The notes: a model not told the origin generated them from the letters alone. Counted from the stretch's first letter, positions 1-9,088 are shown. The stretch is 64,000 nt of DNA from Sulfurimonas sp. (GCA_026988235.1 JALSLQ010000009.1:5992-69991); one strand, 5' to 3'. Translations and numbers: made by a program.

Positions 1-277
1 GAATATTATGGGGCTTTTTGGAGCACCTACATGGCTACGCTCAGCAGTGTTGTTTAGGCTTTCAATTGTTGATGCTTTCATAGCATTTGGTATTTCTTTT
101 GTAGTATTTTCTTATTTTTCATCGAGCATATGGATTGCAGAACAATTTGAAAATATAGGAATATCTGTCGTTGTGTTTGACAAAATTTATGATTCACTGT
201 TGATGCTTGGCGTTTCTATTGTGGTCTCTATTTTACTTGCGAGTTTTATAGTTTTAGGGCATAAAGAAGAGGTTTAA
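1..277 (+). CDS. C-terminal fragment of a polytopic membrane protein, FtsX-like permease (5' end lies outside the window)
   Basis: The reading frame is open from the window edge (same frame as track ORF 8..277). The tail is hydrophobic and TM-rich. Its stop overlaps the next start (TAATG at 275-279), and the next gene is an EnvC-like M23 peptidase, the usual ftsX-envC arrangement. Confidence 0.4.
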   Translation, partial: NIMGLFGAPTWLRSAVLFRLSIVDAFIAFGISFVVFSYFSSSIWIAEQFENIGISVVVFDKIYDSLLMLGVSIVVSILLASFIVLGHKEEV

Positions 278-1503
278 TGAGAGCTATAATAATTATTTTA
301 CTCTTTACATGTACAACTATTTTATTTGCAACAACAGATATAGATAAAAAAATACATAAAACAAGTTCTAAATTACATTCATACTCCAAAAATTATTCTA
401 AACTCAATGCTAAAATGGCTAAAACTGCTAAAGCTATTATACGACAAAAAGCAGCGTTAGGAAAAAAAATAATCTATCTCAAAAAGTTAGAAAAAGAACT
501 CTCTTTAAAAGAGGGAAAGCATAGTGATAACATAAAGCAACTCAAACTTTTAAAAATTTCTCAAGCCCAGTTAAAGAAAAAGCAACAAAATCTTGAAGAA
601 TCATTAATTTTTGTCATCGCACAAACTGTCTCTTTGTCTGTTGTGCTAGAAGAAAAATATCCACAAAATGAGCAAGCAATTATGGAATTTGAAGTCTTAA
701 AAGCAATGTTAAAAACTTCAAAAGAAAAAGCGAAACTCTTAAGTAAAAAGTTTTTTGAAAATGAAAAAAATATAAATTTTATTAGCTTACATGTAAGCTC
801 TTTAGAAGTTGCTATAGCTAATATAGATCAAAAAAGAAAAGAACTGATTAAAACAAAAAATGAAAACAAAAAAGCATTAAAAAAATTGACATTGGCAAAA
901 GCATCGTATAAAAAAGAGTTAAAAAAGCTTTTAAAGAGACAAAATGCTTTAAAGAAAACACTTTCAAGATTAAATATTGTAAAAATAGATGAAATAAAAA
1001 AAGAAAAAGAAGAAAAGCTGAGAAAACTTGCCTTTGAAAAACAAAAGATACAGCTGAACAAAAATTTACCTAAAGTAATAAAACATGGGAGTAGCTATCA
1101 AGCGATTAAAACGATTAGATACAGAGGGAGAAAAACTATTGCACCGTTGAATTCATATACAATTACAAAAAAATATGGGACATACACAGACCCGATTTAT
1201 GGTATAAAAATCTTTAATGAATCTATATCTCTGAAACCAAAACAACCCAATGCAAAAGTAAAAACTGTTTTTAATGGAAAGGTTATTTATGCTGCAAATA
1301 CGGCAGTACTAGATAATATAGTTATTGTAGAACACAAAAATGGACTCCATACGATTTATGCAAATCTTTCACAAATAGCGCCAAATATAAAAAAAGGTAA
1401 AAAGATTGCCAAAGGTGCAACGATTGGGCGTGTTAAAGATGAACTTATTTTTGAAGTGACGCAAAAAACAAAGCATATCAATCCAATACGCTTATTTCAA
1501 TAG
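277..1503 (+). CDS. Coiled-coil plus M23 (LytM) peptidase-domain protein, EnvC-like murein hydrolase activator
   Basis: Signal-like N-terminus, a long Lys/Glu-rich coiled coil, and a C-terminal M23-type region (VIVEHKNGLHTIYANL...KGATIGRV). Confidence 0.8.
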   Translation: MRAIIIILLFTCTTILFATTDIDKKIHKTSSKLHSYSKNYSKLNAKMAKTAKAIIRQKAALGKKIIYLKKLEKELSLKEGKHSDNIKQLKLLKISQAQLKKKQQNLEESLIFVIAQTVSLSVVLEEKYPQNEQAIMEFEVLKAMLKTSKEKAKLLSKKFFENEKNINFISLHVSSLEVAIANIDQKRKELIKTKNENKKALKKLTLAKASYKKELKKLLKRQNALKKTLSRLNIVKIDEIKKEKEEKLRKLAFEKQKIQLNKNLPKVIKHGSSYQAIKTIRYRGRKTIAPLNSYTITKKYGTYTDPIYGIKIFNESISLKPKQPNAKVKTVFNGKVIYAANTAVLDNIVIVEHKNGLHTIYANLSQIAPNIKKGKKIAKGATIGRVKDELIFEVTQKTKHINPIRLFQ

Positions 1504-1546
1504 ATTTTGTTATAATTTCAAAAATAAAAAAAAATAGAGAAAAAAT

Positions 1547-3019
1547 ATGAACTTTATTCAAACACGCGGCATAGATGAAAATAGACCGCAAACTGTTAGT
1601 TTTTCCCAGGCAATACTTAGTCCAATAGCATCTTTTGGTGGTCTTTATGTTCCCGAGATGCTCCCTGAGTTAGGAGAAGAGTTTTTACAAAAACATATAC
1701 ACTCTTCATATAAAGAGTTGGCATCTGATATGTTAAAGCGTTTTGCAATTGATATAGATACAGAAGTTATAGATGAAGCTTTATCTTTGTATGATAAGTT
1801 TGATGATGCATCAAACCCTGTTCCTGTTGTTAGAGTGAAAGAAAACCTTTATATCAGTGAACTCTATCATGGTCCTACACGGGCATTTAAAGATATGGCA
1901 TTACAGCCTTTTGGCGTGGTGCTCTCTTCTATTGCACAAAGGTTAAATGAAAATTATTTAATTTTAGCGGCAACGAGTGGTGATACCGGTCCGGCAGCAC
2001 TTGAGACATTTAAAAATCGTGCAAATGTTAAAGTAGTATGTTTGTATCCTAATGGTGGAACAAGTGATGTGCAGCGTTTGCAAATGGTAACAGAAGATGC
2101 ACAAAATTTAAAAGTTATAGGTATTCATGGGGTGTTTGATGATGCACAAAATGCACTCAAACATTTATTAGCTTCACAAAGTTTTAAAGAAGCACTACAA
2201 AAAAAAGATACAAAACTCTCAGCAGCGAATTCTGTTAATTTTGGTCGTATCATTTTTCAAATTATTTATCATATACATTCTTACTTGGAACTTGTTCGTC
2301 AAAATGCAATTAGTATGGGAGAAAAGGTGTACCTTAATGTACCAAGCGGAAACTTTGGAAATGCTCTTGGTGGATATTATGCTTGGAAAATGGGGCTTCC
2401 TGTGGAAAAAATCATAATTTCATCCAATGAAAATAATGTGCTTACGCGTTTGATTTGTGAGGGAAAGTATGACTTGAGAGATTGTGCCGTCGTAAGTACG
2501 ACATCCCCTGCCATGGATATCTTAAAATCATCAAATGTCGAACGGATTTTATTTGATTTGTTTGGTGCAGTGAGAACAAAAGAGTTAATGCAGGATTTAG
2601 AAGAGAAAAACTTTTATGAATTAACTGCCGGCGAACTTACAAAACTTCGTGAATGTTTTGATGCAGACTTTTGTAGCGGTGAAGAAGGTAAAAAATATAT
2701 AAAAGAGATTTTTGAAAAATATAATTATTTAATGGATCCACATACGGCTACATGTATGAAGTCTTATGAAACATGTTCAAATTCTGAGATTAAAACAATT
2801 GCATATTCAACAGCTGAGTGGACAAAATTTTCTCCTGTGATTGCAAATGCATTAACGGCAGAAGTTGACATTAAAGATATTGATGCTTTAGAATCTATAT
2901 CCAAAGTAGCAAATCTTGACATTCCTCAGACGATAAAAGGTCTGTTTTCTAAACCAATAGCACAAAAAGCAGTGATAGAAAAAGAAAATATAGAAGAAGA
3001 GATACTAAAGTTTTTGTAA
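1547..3019 (+). CDS. thrC: Threonine synthase (long form)
   Basis: PLP-lysine region TRAFKDMALQPFG, SGDTGPAA and SGNFGN motifs, about 490 aa. Confidence 0.9.
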   Translation: MNFIQTRGIDENRPQTVSFSQAILSPIASFGGLYVPEMLPELGEEFLQKHIHSSYKELASDMLKRFAIDIDTEVIDEALSLYDKFDDASNPVPVVRVKENLYISELYHGPTRAFKDMALQPFGVVLSSIAQRLNENYLILAATSGDTGPAALETFKNRANVKVVCLYPNGGTSDVQRLQMVTEDAQNLKVIGIHGVFDDAQNALKHLLASQSFKEALQKKDTKLSAANSVNFGRIIFQIIYHIHSYLELVRQNAISMGEKVYLNVPSGNFGNALGGYYAWKMGLPVEKIIISSNENNVLTRLICEGKYDLRDCAVVSTTSPAMDILKSSNVERILFDLFGAVRTKELMQDLEEKNFYELTAGELTKLRECFDADFCSGEEGKKYIKEIFEKYNYLMDPHTATCMKSYETCSNSEIKTIAYSTAEWTKFSPVIANALTAEVDIKDIDALESISKVANLDIPQTIKGLFSKPIAQKAVIEKENIEEEILKFL

Positions 3020-3110
3020 ACGAATTCAAAAAGTCTTAAATAATAAAAAATAACACTTTAAGTTAGTGTTAACTATTAAAAATGTAAAATTACATTAATA
3101 GGATAAGATT

Positions 3111-3521
3111 ATGAATGAGACTACTGAAGATGAATTAAATCAAAAGCGAGATATGCTTTATTATAATCAATTGATTATGAATGAAAGGCGTGCAAAATCT
3201 GTTCATGAAAAATATGTGAAAGTTACAAAAAAAAGAACAAATTTTGGTACTCAGAAAGTTGACTTTAAAGATTATCTATTTGTTCCTGATAATTGGGAAT
3301 TTATTGCTTATCCACTTTACTTCGTAGGAATTCCTTATATTGTTGGGGCATTCTTTTTGTTTTTGTTTGTAGCAGGTGGAAGTTGGGATAATTTTCAACT
3401 TTTAAATCTAAATGCATTTCCTGTTGTCTGGCTAATAGGATATGAAATAGTAGCAATTTGTTTGTTAATATGGATTATGATTTTGTACCTGACATATGAT
3501 TCTCAAGAAGATGAATTTTAA
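3111..3521 (+). CDS. Hypothetical membrane protein (charged N-terminus, about 3 TM helices)
   Basis: Track ORF in its own intergenic gap. AGGA lies upstream of the ATG. Hydrophobic C-terminal half. No recognisable family. Confidence 0.5.
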   Translation: MNETTEDELNQKRDMLYYNQLIMNERRAKSVHEKYVKVTKKRTNFGTQKVDFKDYLFVPDNWEFIAYPLYFVGIPYIVGAFFLFLFVAGGSWDNFQLLNLNAFPVVWLIGYEIVAICLLIWIMILYLTYDSQEDEF

Positions 3522-3536
3522 TAAAAGCAGTTGATT

Positions 3537-4295
3537 TTAAAGTTCAACTGCTTTCTTATAAGCTTTTTCTATAGCCTCAATACATGCACTACGGACATTT
3601 CCCTGCTCCAATGCAGAATAACCGGCTGCAGTTGTTCCTCCTGGGCTCATTACACCGTCTTTTAGCAGTGCAGGGTGAATTTCTTGTATTAGCGTCCCAA
3701 AACCATTAAATAGCCCTCTCATAATTGCCATGGCATCCTCTCGTTTGAGTCCTTGTTTTACTGCGCCATCTGTGAAAGCTTCTGCTATAAGGGCAAGATA
3801 AGCAGGGCCACTGCCTGCTAGGGCTGTTGCAATGTTTATTTCTTTTTCACTACCAAGCCATCTTATCGTACCGATAGAAGAAAAAAGTGCTAGTGCTTCT
3901 TCTTTATAAGCTATATCACCTGTTAGTGTTGTCATAGATTTGCCAACACTAGCCGCAAGGTTTGGCATCGCTCTTACTACTGCGGATGCATTAAAATTAC
4001 TTTTTAGTTTTTCTATACTTGTTCCGGCTAAAACCGAATAAAGCACTTGGGCATTACCTTGTAGTTTTGCCGATACTTCTTCTACATTTGCCGGTTTAAC
4101 ACAGAGTACAATACTTTTTTTATCAATGCTAAAATTATTAAGAAGAGATTTCTTTACATGTAAGCCAAGTTTTTGCTCAAATGCATCTAACTTTTTACTA
4201 TCTCTACCAACAACTTCTATTTTATAGTTCTCTTTTAAACCTTCGGCAATACTGAATGCCATATTGCCATTTCCGATAAATGTTATAGTTTTCAT
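3537..4295 (-). CDS. proC: Pyrroline-5-carboxylate reductase
   Basis: The protein starts MKTITFIGNGNMAFSIAEGL (Rossmann GxGxxA/G) at the ATG at 4295. The C-terminus has the SPGGTT motif. The 5' part of track ORF 3537..4709 is a low-complexity read-through that overlaps proA on the other strand. Confidence 0.9.
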   Translation of the reverse strand: MKTITFIGNGNMAFSIAEGLKENYKIEVVGRDSKKLDAFEQKLGLHVKKSLLNNFSIDKKSIVLCVKPANVEEVSAKLQGNAQVLYSVLAGTSIEKLKSNFNASAVVRAMPNLAASVGKSMTTLTGDIAYKEEALALFSSIGTIRWLGSEKEINIATALAGSGPAYLALIAEAFTDGAVKQGLKREDAMAIMRGLFNGFGTLIQEIHPALLKDGVMSPGGTTAAGYSALEQGNVRSACIEAIEKAYKKAVEL

Positions 4296-4350
4296 AAAAG
4301 TCCTAAATGTTTTATGGTAGTATAGCATTATTAGAATTAAGATAAAAAGA

Positions 4351-5595
4351 ATGGGTAGAGATATGGAACAATTTTTAAAAGAAGCAAAATCTGCGAGTAG
4401 AGTTTTAAATACGCTTAGCGGACGAGATAAAAACAAGATTTTACATGTAATGGCAAATGCCTTGCGAGCAAATACTATGGATTTGATAGAAGCCAATGCT
4501 ATAGATATGATTGAAGGGGAAAAGAATAAACTCTCTTCGGCTTTAATGGACAGACTCTTTTTAGATGAAGAGAGGGTGGAGTCTATGGCAAAAGCTGTGG
4601 AAGAAATAGCCGCACTTAAGGAACCGGTTGGACGCATACTTGAAGGATGGATAACTGAGGACGGACTAAAAATAGAAAAAGTGAGTATTCCTATCGGTGT
4701 TATCGGCATTATTTATGAATCTCGTCCCAATGTTACCAGTGATACGGCAGCACTTTGTTTTAAAAGCTCAAATGTTTGTGTGCTTAAAGGAGGAAAAGAA
4801 GCAGAGCGTTCAAACAAAGCAATAGCTCAAGTTTTAAAAGCGGTTTTAGAAAGTCATGATTTACCAACATCATTGATATCTTTGATTCCTGATAGTTCAC
4901 GAGAGGGTGTTGCAAAGCTTATAAAAATGGATAAATATGTAGATTTAATTATTCCAAGAGGTGGAGCAGGACTTATAAAATATGTCAGTGAAAATGCAAC
5001 GGTGAGTGTCGTAAAACATGACAAAGGGCAATGCCATACTTACATTGATAAAGATGCAAAGATTGAGGATGCACTAAAAATTGCAATTAATGCAAAAGTA
5101 CAAAGACCGGGTGTATGCAATGCCATGGAAACATTGCTTGTAGATAAAGTTATAGCAAAAGAGACACTTCCTCTTCTTAAAGAGGCTTTTGATGCAGTCG
5201 ATACTAATCTCAAAGGTTGCGTGGCAACACAGGAAATAATTCCTGTTACAAGGGCTAGTGATGAAGATTATGACACAGAATATTTGGCAAATATCTTAAA
5301 TATAAAAGTTGTTGATGGCGTAGAAGGAGCGATAGAACATATTGTCCGTTTTGGTTCGGGACATTCAGAAGCTATTATTACACAAAATATTACAACTGCA
5401 GAAGAATTTTTAAATAATATTGACGCGGCAGCCGTGTATGTAAATGCTTCTACCCGTTTTACAGATGGAGGGGCTTTTGGTTTTGGTGCAGAAGTGGGTA
5501 TAAGTACCAATAAACTTCATGCTAGGGGTCCTATGGGAATTGAAGGATTAACAACCTATAAATATAAAGTTTATGGAAATGGGCAGATACGATAA
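4351..5595 (+). CDS. proA: Gamma-glutamyl phosphate reductase
   Basis: Aldehyde-dehydrogenase fold typical of ProA (IYESRPNVT, catalytic Cys in PGVCNAMETLLV), about 410 aa. An alternative start is the ATG at 4363. Confidence 0.9.
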   Translation: MGRDMEQFLKEAKSASRVLNTLSGRDKNKILHVMANALRANTMDLIEANAIDMIEGEKNKLSSALMDRLFLDEERVESMAKAVEEIAALKEPVGRILEGWITEDGLKIEKVSIPIGVIGIIYESRPNVTSDTAALCFKSSNVCVLKGGKEAERSNKAIAQVLKAVLESHDLPTSLISLIPDSSREGVAKLIKMDKYVDLIIPRGGAGLIKYVSENATVSVVKHDKGQCHTYIDKDAKIEDALKIAINAKVQRPGVCNAMETLLVDKVIAKETLPLLKEAFDAVDTNLKGCVATQEIIPVTRASDEDYDTEYLANILNIKVVDGVEGAIEHIVRFGSGHSEAIITQNITTAEEFLNNIDAAAVYVNASTRFTDGGAFGFGAEVGISTNKLHARGPMGIEGLTTYKYKVYGNGQIR

Positions 5596-6239
5596 TGTTA
5601 AGTATAAATGAACTAAAATGTATAATTTTTTTCGAACATTTAGATGAAAGAGAGTTGAAATTATTACTTTCAATTTCAAGAAAAAGAACTTTTTCTCAGG
5701 GTGAAATTCTTTTTTATGAAAAAGAAAAAGCGCAGCATTTAACGATGGTACTCGAAGGTGTGGTGAAAATTTATAAGATTGATCCAAAAAACAATGAAAT
5801 TGTATTGCATAGATTTCGACCGAAAAGTTTGGTTGCAGAGATGGCTGTATTTGAAGGAGTTCCTTATCCTGCTTCTGCTGCATTTGAGAGTGATGGAAGT
5901 GTTTTAGAAATAGATTTTGATAAATTTAGAGAGTACTTTTTTGCGAATGCAGATGTTGCCTGTGCCCTTTTTAAATCTTTGACACAAAAGATTAAGTATC
6001 TTGATAATGTAATAGCATTAAATGTCGTCTTGGACTCTACGGCGCGAGTTGCCAAGTATATATGTGAAAATGATGATGCATTAAAGATGAAAAACAATCA
6101 ACTTGCACAGTATTTACATATGACACCGGAGACACTTTCTCGCATACTCAAAAAATTTACGAAATTAGGCTTTGTAGAAAAAGAAGACAGTGCTTATAAA
6201 ATTATCAATGAAGAGGCGTTAACAATACTTTTTGAATGA
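5595..6239 (+). CDS. Crp/Fnr-family transcriptional regulator without an N-terminal Cys cluster (Dnr/NnrR/NssR-like)
   Basis: cNMP-binding beta-barrel followed by a C-terminal HTH with recognition helix PETLSRILKKF (the E--SR motif used by FNR-class proteins to read TTGAT). There is no FNR-type Cys cluster. The start overlaps the proA stop (TAATG). Confidence 0.85.
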   Translation: MLSINELKCIIFFEHLDERELKLLLSISRKRTFSQGEILFYEKEKAQHLTMVLEGVVKIYKIDPKNNEIVLHRFRPKSLVAEMAVFEGVPYPASAAFESDGSVLEIDFDKFREYFFANADVACALFKSLTQKIKYLDNVIALNVVLDSTARVAKYICENDDALKMKNNQLAQYLHMTPETLSRILKKFTKLGFVEKEDSAYKIINEEALTILFE

Positions 6240-6254
6240 TATTTGTTATCTTTA

Positions 6255-6268
6255 TTGATATAAATCAA
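6255..6268. promoter_or_regulatory. Perfect FNR/Dnr-type box TTGATataaATCAA
   Basis: Exact TTGAT-N4-ATCAA palindrome. TACAAT at 6291-6296 places the box centre about 41.5 bp upstream of the inferred start site. It lies 16 bp after the regulator gene and upstream of the DUF2249 operon. Confidence 0.6.
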
Positions 6269-6325
6269 CTCCTCTGTTATCTTTCTTGATTACAATCACA
6301 AAATATTATTGTAAAAGGATTGATA

Positions 6326-6673
6326 ATGTTACATATTCCGAGTGAAGCGCAAAAAATAGTTGTTGACGGTGCTACCGTTGATTTTTACAAACTAGCAAAA
6401 GAAGGACAGAGTACATACTACTTCGATACATCAAAAGAAGGTCCACCACATCCTATGGTAAATGCAATGTCAGGTTTAGGATTGATTAAAGGAACAAATG
6501 ATACTTTGGTTATGATAAATCATAAAGCACCGGGTGGGCTTTTTGCAAAACTTGGAGATGATGTAAAGTATGCTATTGAAGATTTAGATGGTGGTTTAGT
6601 AAAAGTTGTTTTTTCTTATGATAAAGATGCTATATCAGAATCTGATTTAACGCAAACAAGTTGTGGTGCTTGA
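6326..6673 (+). CDS. DUF2249-like small protein (TusA-like fold family found in NO/oxidative-stress clusters)
   Basis: Pattern FDTSKEGPPHPMVNAM...LVMINHKAPGGLFAKL resembles the DUF2249 signature (PPxP ... H..P..L). I prefer the ATG at 6326 (AAGGA lies 7 nt upstream) over the TTG at 6320 in the track. Confidence 0.6.
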   Translation: MLHIPSEAQKIVVDGATVDFYKLAKEGQSTYYFDTSKEGPPHPMVNAMSGLGLIKGTNDTLVMINHKAPGGLFAKLGDDVKYAIEDLDGGLVKVVFSYDKDAISESDLTQTSCGA

Positions 6674-6681
6674 GCTAAATA

Positions 6682-7920
6682 ATGGGTAAAATATCGCAAG
6701 ATTTTGCACCGCCGTTTAAATTAATAGCACCCTTTTTTATTCTAGGGAGTATTTTTTATCTTTTGTCATCATTGTACCTGTTCACTTTTACATCAGATGA
6801 TTTATCGTTTACAAATCCGCAAGTTATAAGTTTTACGCACTTATTTTTACTTGGTTTTGTAATGATGACTATATTTGGTGCAATGGCTCAACTAGTTCCT
6901 GTTGTTTTAGAAGTAGGACATTTTGGCGTAGAACTTTTTTATGCTATTTGGCCACTTCTGCTTATTGGAACTTTATTGATGGTATTTGGATTTTTATATT
7001 CAAGTGCCTTATTGCCTTATGGTGGGATTGTAGTTTTAATTTCAATGATGATATTTGTTGGTGAAATTTTTTTAACTATCTTTAAAGTAAAAAAATTAAC
7101 CCTAGTCATGAGCAGTGTTTTAATATCAAATACATTCTTATTTTTTGGAATAATATTTGGTCTTTTAATGGCACTTTCATATGCCGGTACAATATCAGTA
7201 GATATATCATCACTCTTAAAAGCACATATATATTCAGTATTAGGTGGTTATATTTCTATTACTATTATGGGGCTTTCTGTTGTTTTAATACCAATGTTTA
7301 CGCTGTCACATAGCTTTTCTATGAGACCTTTAGAGATTTCTATAAGTACCATGACTATAGCTGTTGTTTTAGCAATATTGGCATCACTTTTACATTTGGA
7401 AGTATTAAGTTATATTGCGGATATTTTAGCTCTTGGTGCAATGTTAGTATATGCGTATTTAATATATATTATTTATAAAATTAGACCTCGAAAAGAGAAT
7501 GATGTGTATGCCATATCTTTAATGTTTTCATACTCTTCTTTGGTGGCTTCTATATTGATGCTTGTTGTCTATTTTTTTATGGAAAAAGAGACTTATTTAC
7601 TTGCTTCTATGTGGCTTCTATTTTTTGGTTTTTTTGGTTTTTTAATTACTGGGCATATTTATAAAATAATTCCATTCCTTGTATGGTTTGAAAAATTTTC
7701 TCCTCTTGTTGGAAAACAGAAAATTCCAATGCTTGCAGATATGGTACCGTATAAAAGTTCTCAAGCACAGTTTATATTTTGTGCAGTCGGTGTTATTATT
7801 GTAACTATTGCAATAATTTCTCAAAGTAATATTCTTATAGGGGCAGGGGCATCATTTTTAGTGATGGGTGCTATTGCGTTTATAAGAAGTGTATTGTATA
7901 TGATAAATTTTAAAGGATAA
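6682..7920 (+). CDS. Polytopic (about 12 TM) membrane protein, possibly NnrS-like
   Basis: 412 aa and almost entirely TM helices. A His-containing helix motif occurs twice (THLFLLGFVMMTIFG and AHIYSVLGGYISITIMG), reminiscent of NnrS-type proteins. The NO-regulon context fits. The family call is tentative. Confidence 0.45.
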   Translation: MGKISQDFAPPFKLIAPFFILGSIFYLLSSLYLFTFTSDDLSFTNPQVISFTHLFLLGFVMMTIFGAMAQLVPVVLEVGHFGVELFYAIWPLLLIGTLLMVFGFLYSSALLPYGGIVVLISMMIFVGEIFLTIFKVKKLTLVMSSVLISNTFLFFGIIFGLLMALSYAGTISVDISSLLKAHIYSVLGGYISITIMGLSVVLIPMFTLSHSFSMRPLEISISTMTIAVVLAILASLLHLEVLSYIADILALGAMLVYAYLIYIIYKIRPRKENDVYAISLMFSYSSLVASILMLVVYFFMEKETYLLASMWLLFFGFFGFLITGHIYKIIPFLVWFEKFSPLVGKQKIPMLADMVPYKSSQAQFIFCAVGVIIVTIAIISQSNILIGAGASFLVMGAIAFIRSVLYMINFKG

Positions 7921-7923
7921 TAA

Positions 7924-8229
7924 ATGGCAATGTATACTAAAGATGAAATTTTTCAGGCTATATCTACAGTTATAGACCCTGAGGTCGGTTTTAACCTTGT
8001 AGAAATGGGGCTTATTTATGATGCCTCATGTGATAAAGAAGGCAATGTAAAAGTGACTATGACACTCTCCACAAAAGCGTGCCCACTGCATCAAATGATT
8101 TTACAATGGGTTAAAGAAGCCGTAGAAAAACTACCGAATGTTCAAAGTGTTGATGTTGAGGTGGTTTGGGAGCCGGAGTGGAATATAACCATGGCGGACA
8201 ATAATGTAAAAAAGGCATTAGGTGCCTAA
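7924..8229 (+). CDS. DUF59 / MIP18-family Fe-S assembly protein (SufT/PaaD-like)
   Basis: Typical DUF59 N-terminus (IFQAISTVIDPEVGFNLVEMGLIY) and a conserved Cys (STKACPL), about 100 aa. Confidence 0.8.
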   Translation: MAMYTKDEIFQAISTVIDPEVGFNLVEMGLIYDASCDKEGNVKVTMTLSTKACPLHQMILQWVKEAVEKLPNVQSVDVEVVWEPEWNITMADNNVKKALGA

Positions 8230-8236
8230 GAATTGG

Positions 8237-8259
8237 ATGAGCCTACTCTTTAGGCTCAT
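8237..8259. terminator. Hairpin between convergent genes (8-bp stem ATGAGCCT/AGGCTCAT, 7-nt loop)
   Basis: Inverted repeat read directly from the sequence. It lies right after the DUF59 stop and overlaps the last codons of the minus-strand 97-aa ORF. The flanking T/A runs are weak. Confidence 0.35.
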
Positions 8260-8536
8260 GTCTTAAAAAACTATTTTTTATTAGTATCATTTCATATACT
8301 GAAACTTTTGGGAGTGATTCATTTATGATTTTATCTGTCTGTGGATACTTACCCTTCATTTGTTTGATCTCATCATAAGCTTTTGGTTTTACTTCGCTTG
8401 TTGCAACAGAAATAGCACCTGCCCATATAAGAATTATGGCAACCCAAACTATTTTTTTGGCACCTGCATACACACCTATAAAATGAAAGATAACAGTAAT
8501 AATTATACCTATAGATAGTAAAAGTGTTAAACTCAT
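8243..8536 (-). CDS. Small membrane protein (2 TM), unknown function
   Basis: Track ORF. Last gene of a tightly overlapped minus-strand string downstream of the nirDL-like gene. Confidence 0.5.
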   Translation of the reverse strand: MSLTLLLSIGIIITVIFHFIGVYAGAKKIVWVAIILIWAGAISVATSEVKPKAYDEIKQMKGKYPQTDKIINESLPKVSVYEMILIKNSFLRHEPKE

Positions 8537-8694
8537 AGATTTATCCTTTCTCCTTTTGGTGTAATAGTGATATTCGCGTCTTTAAACATTTGATCTCCAA
8601 AATCTTTTACTCCTAAAGTAGCTAGTAGCATTAAACCTATCACAATAAGTAAAAAAACTATAGCAATGGCATATCTTTTGAGCCTATTTATCAT
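8533..8694 (-). CDS. Very small single-TM protein, unknown function
   Basis: Track ORF 8533..8727. The internal ATG at 8694 (MINRLKRYAIAIVFLL...) reduces the overlap with the upstream ORF. The stop overlaps the next start. Confidence 0.4.
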   Translation of the reverse strand: MINRLKRYAIAIVFLLIVIGLMLLATLGVKDFGDQMFKDANITITPKGERINL

Positions 8695-9088
8695 TTTGAC
8701 CACTATTTTTCGGTGCCATTGGTGCATAATCTACACATCTTGCCGTATGAAAATCTCTTATAAAGTCTGGATTTTTAAAGTAATCTCCGTCAAGTGACCA
8801 TCCCCGTTTTTTAGAAATTAAAACAGACTGAGAAATTGTTCTTCTCATTTTATTTTCACATATGATAGTTTTACCTTCATTGAAAATTTTTTTAACACCG
8901 TCCATTCTTTTTGTTGTTATATAATAATGAATACTTATCATAATCGCAAAAACAGCGAATACTCCACTCATCCCTTTTTTAAAGGCACCTTTGGGCATAA
9001 AATCCTTAGTTGTTACAAACGCTGTAATAGCTAAGAAAAATATACCTATAACAATATATGCAATTTCTAATTCAAAAAACTTTTCCAT
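8684..9088 (-). CDS. Membrane protein (2 TM plus a soluble C-terminal domain with 2 Cys), unknown function
   Basis: Track ORF. It starts 15 bp after the nirDL-like stop, with GGAAG upstream. Confidence 0.55.
   Translation of the reverse strand: MEKFFELEIAYIVIGIFFLAITAFVTTKDFMPKGAFKKGMSGVFAVFAIMISIHYYITTKRMDGVKKIFNEGKTIICENKMRRTISQSVLISKKRGWSLDGDYFKNPDFIRDFHTARCVDYAPMAPKNSGQNDK

Noticed and set aside
4296-4709. N-terminal 138 codons of track ORF 3537..4709, which would extend proC over the proA start on the opposite strand
   Set aside because: This part is low-complexity Ser/Ile/Phe-rich antisense read-through of proA. A canonical proC N-terminus (MKTITFIGNGNMAF, Rossmann motif) begins at the ATG at 4295.
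6286-6299. Second FNR-like half-matching site TTGATtacaATCAC, 31 bp downstream of the perfect box
   Set aside because: It has one mismatch and its centre lies only about 33 bp from the ATG. It contains the TACAAT that better explains it as the -10 region of the promoter served by the upstream box. A repressive second site cannot be excluded.
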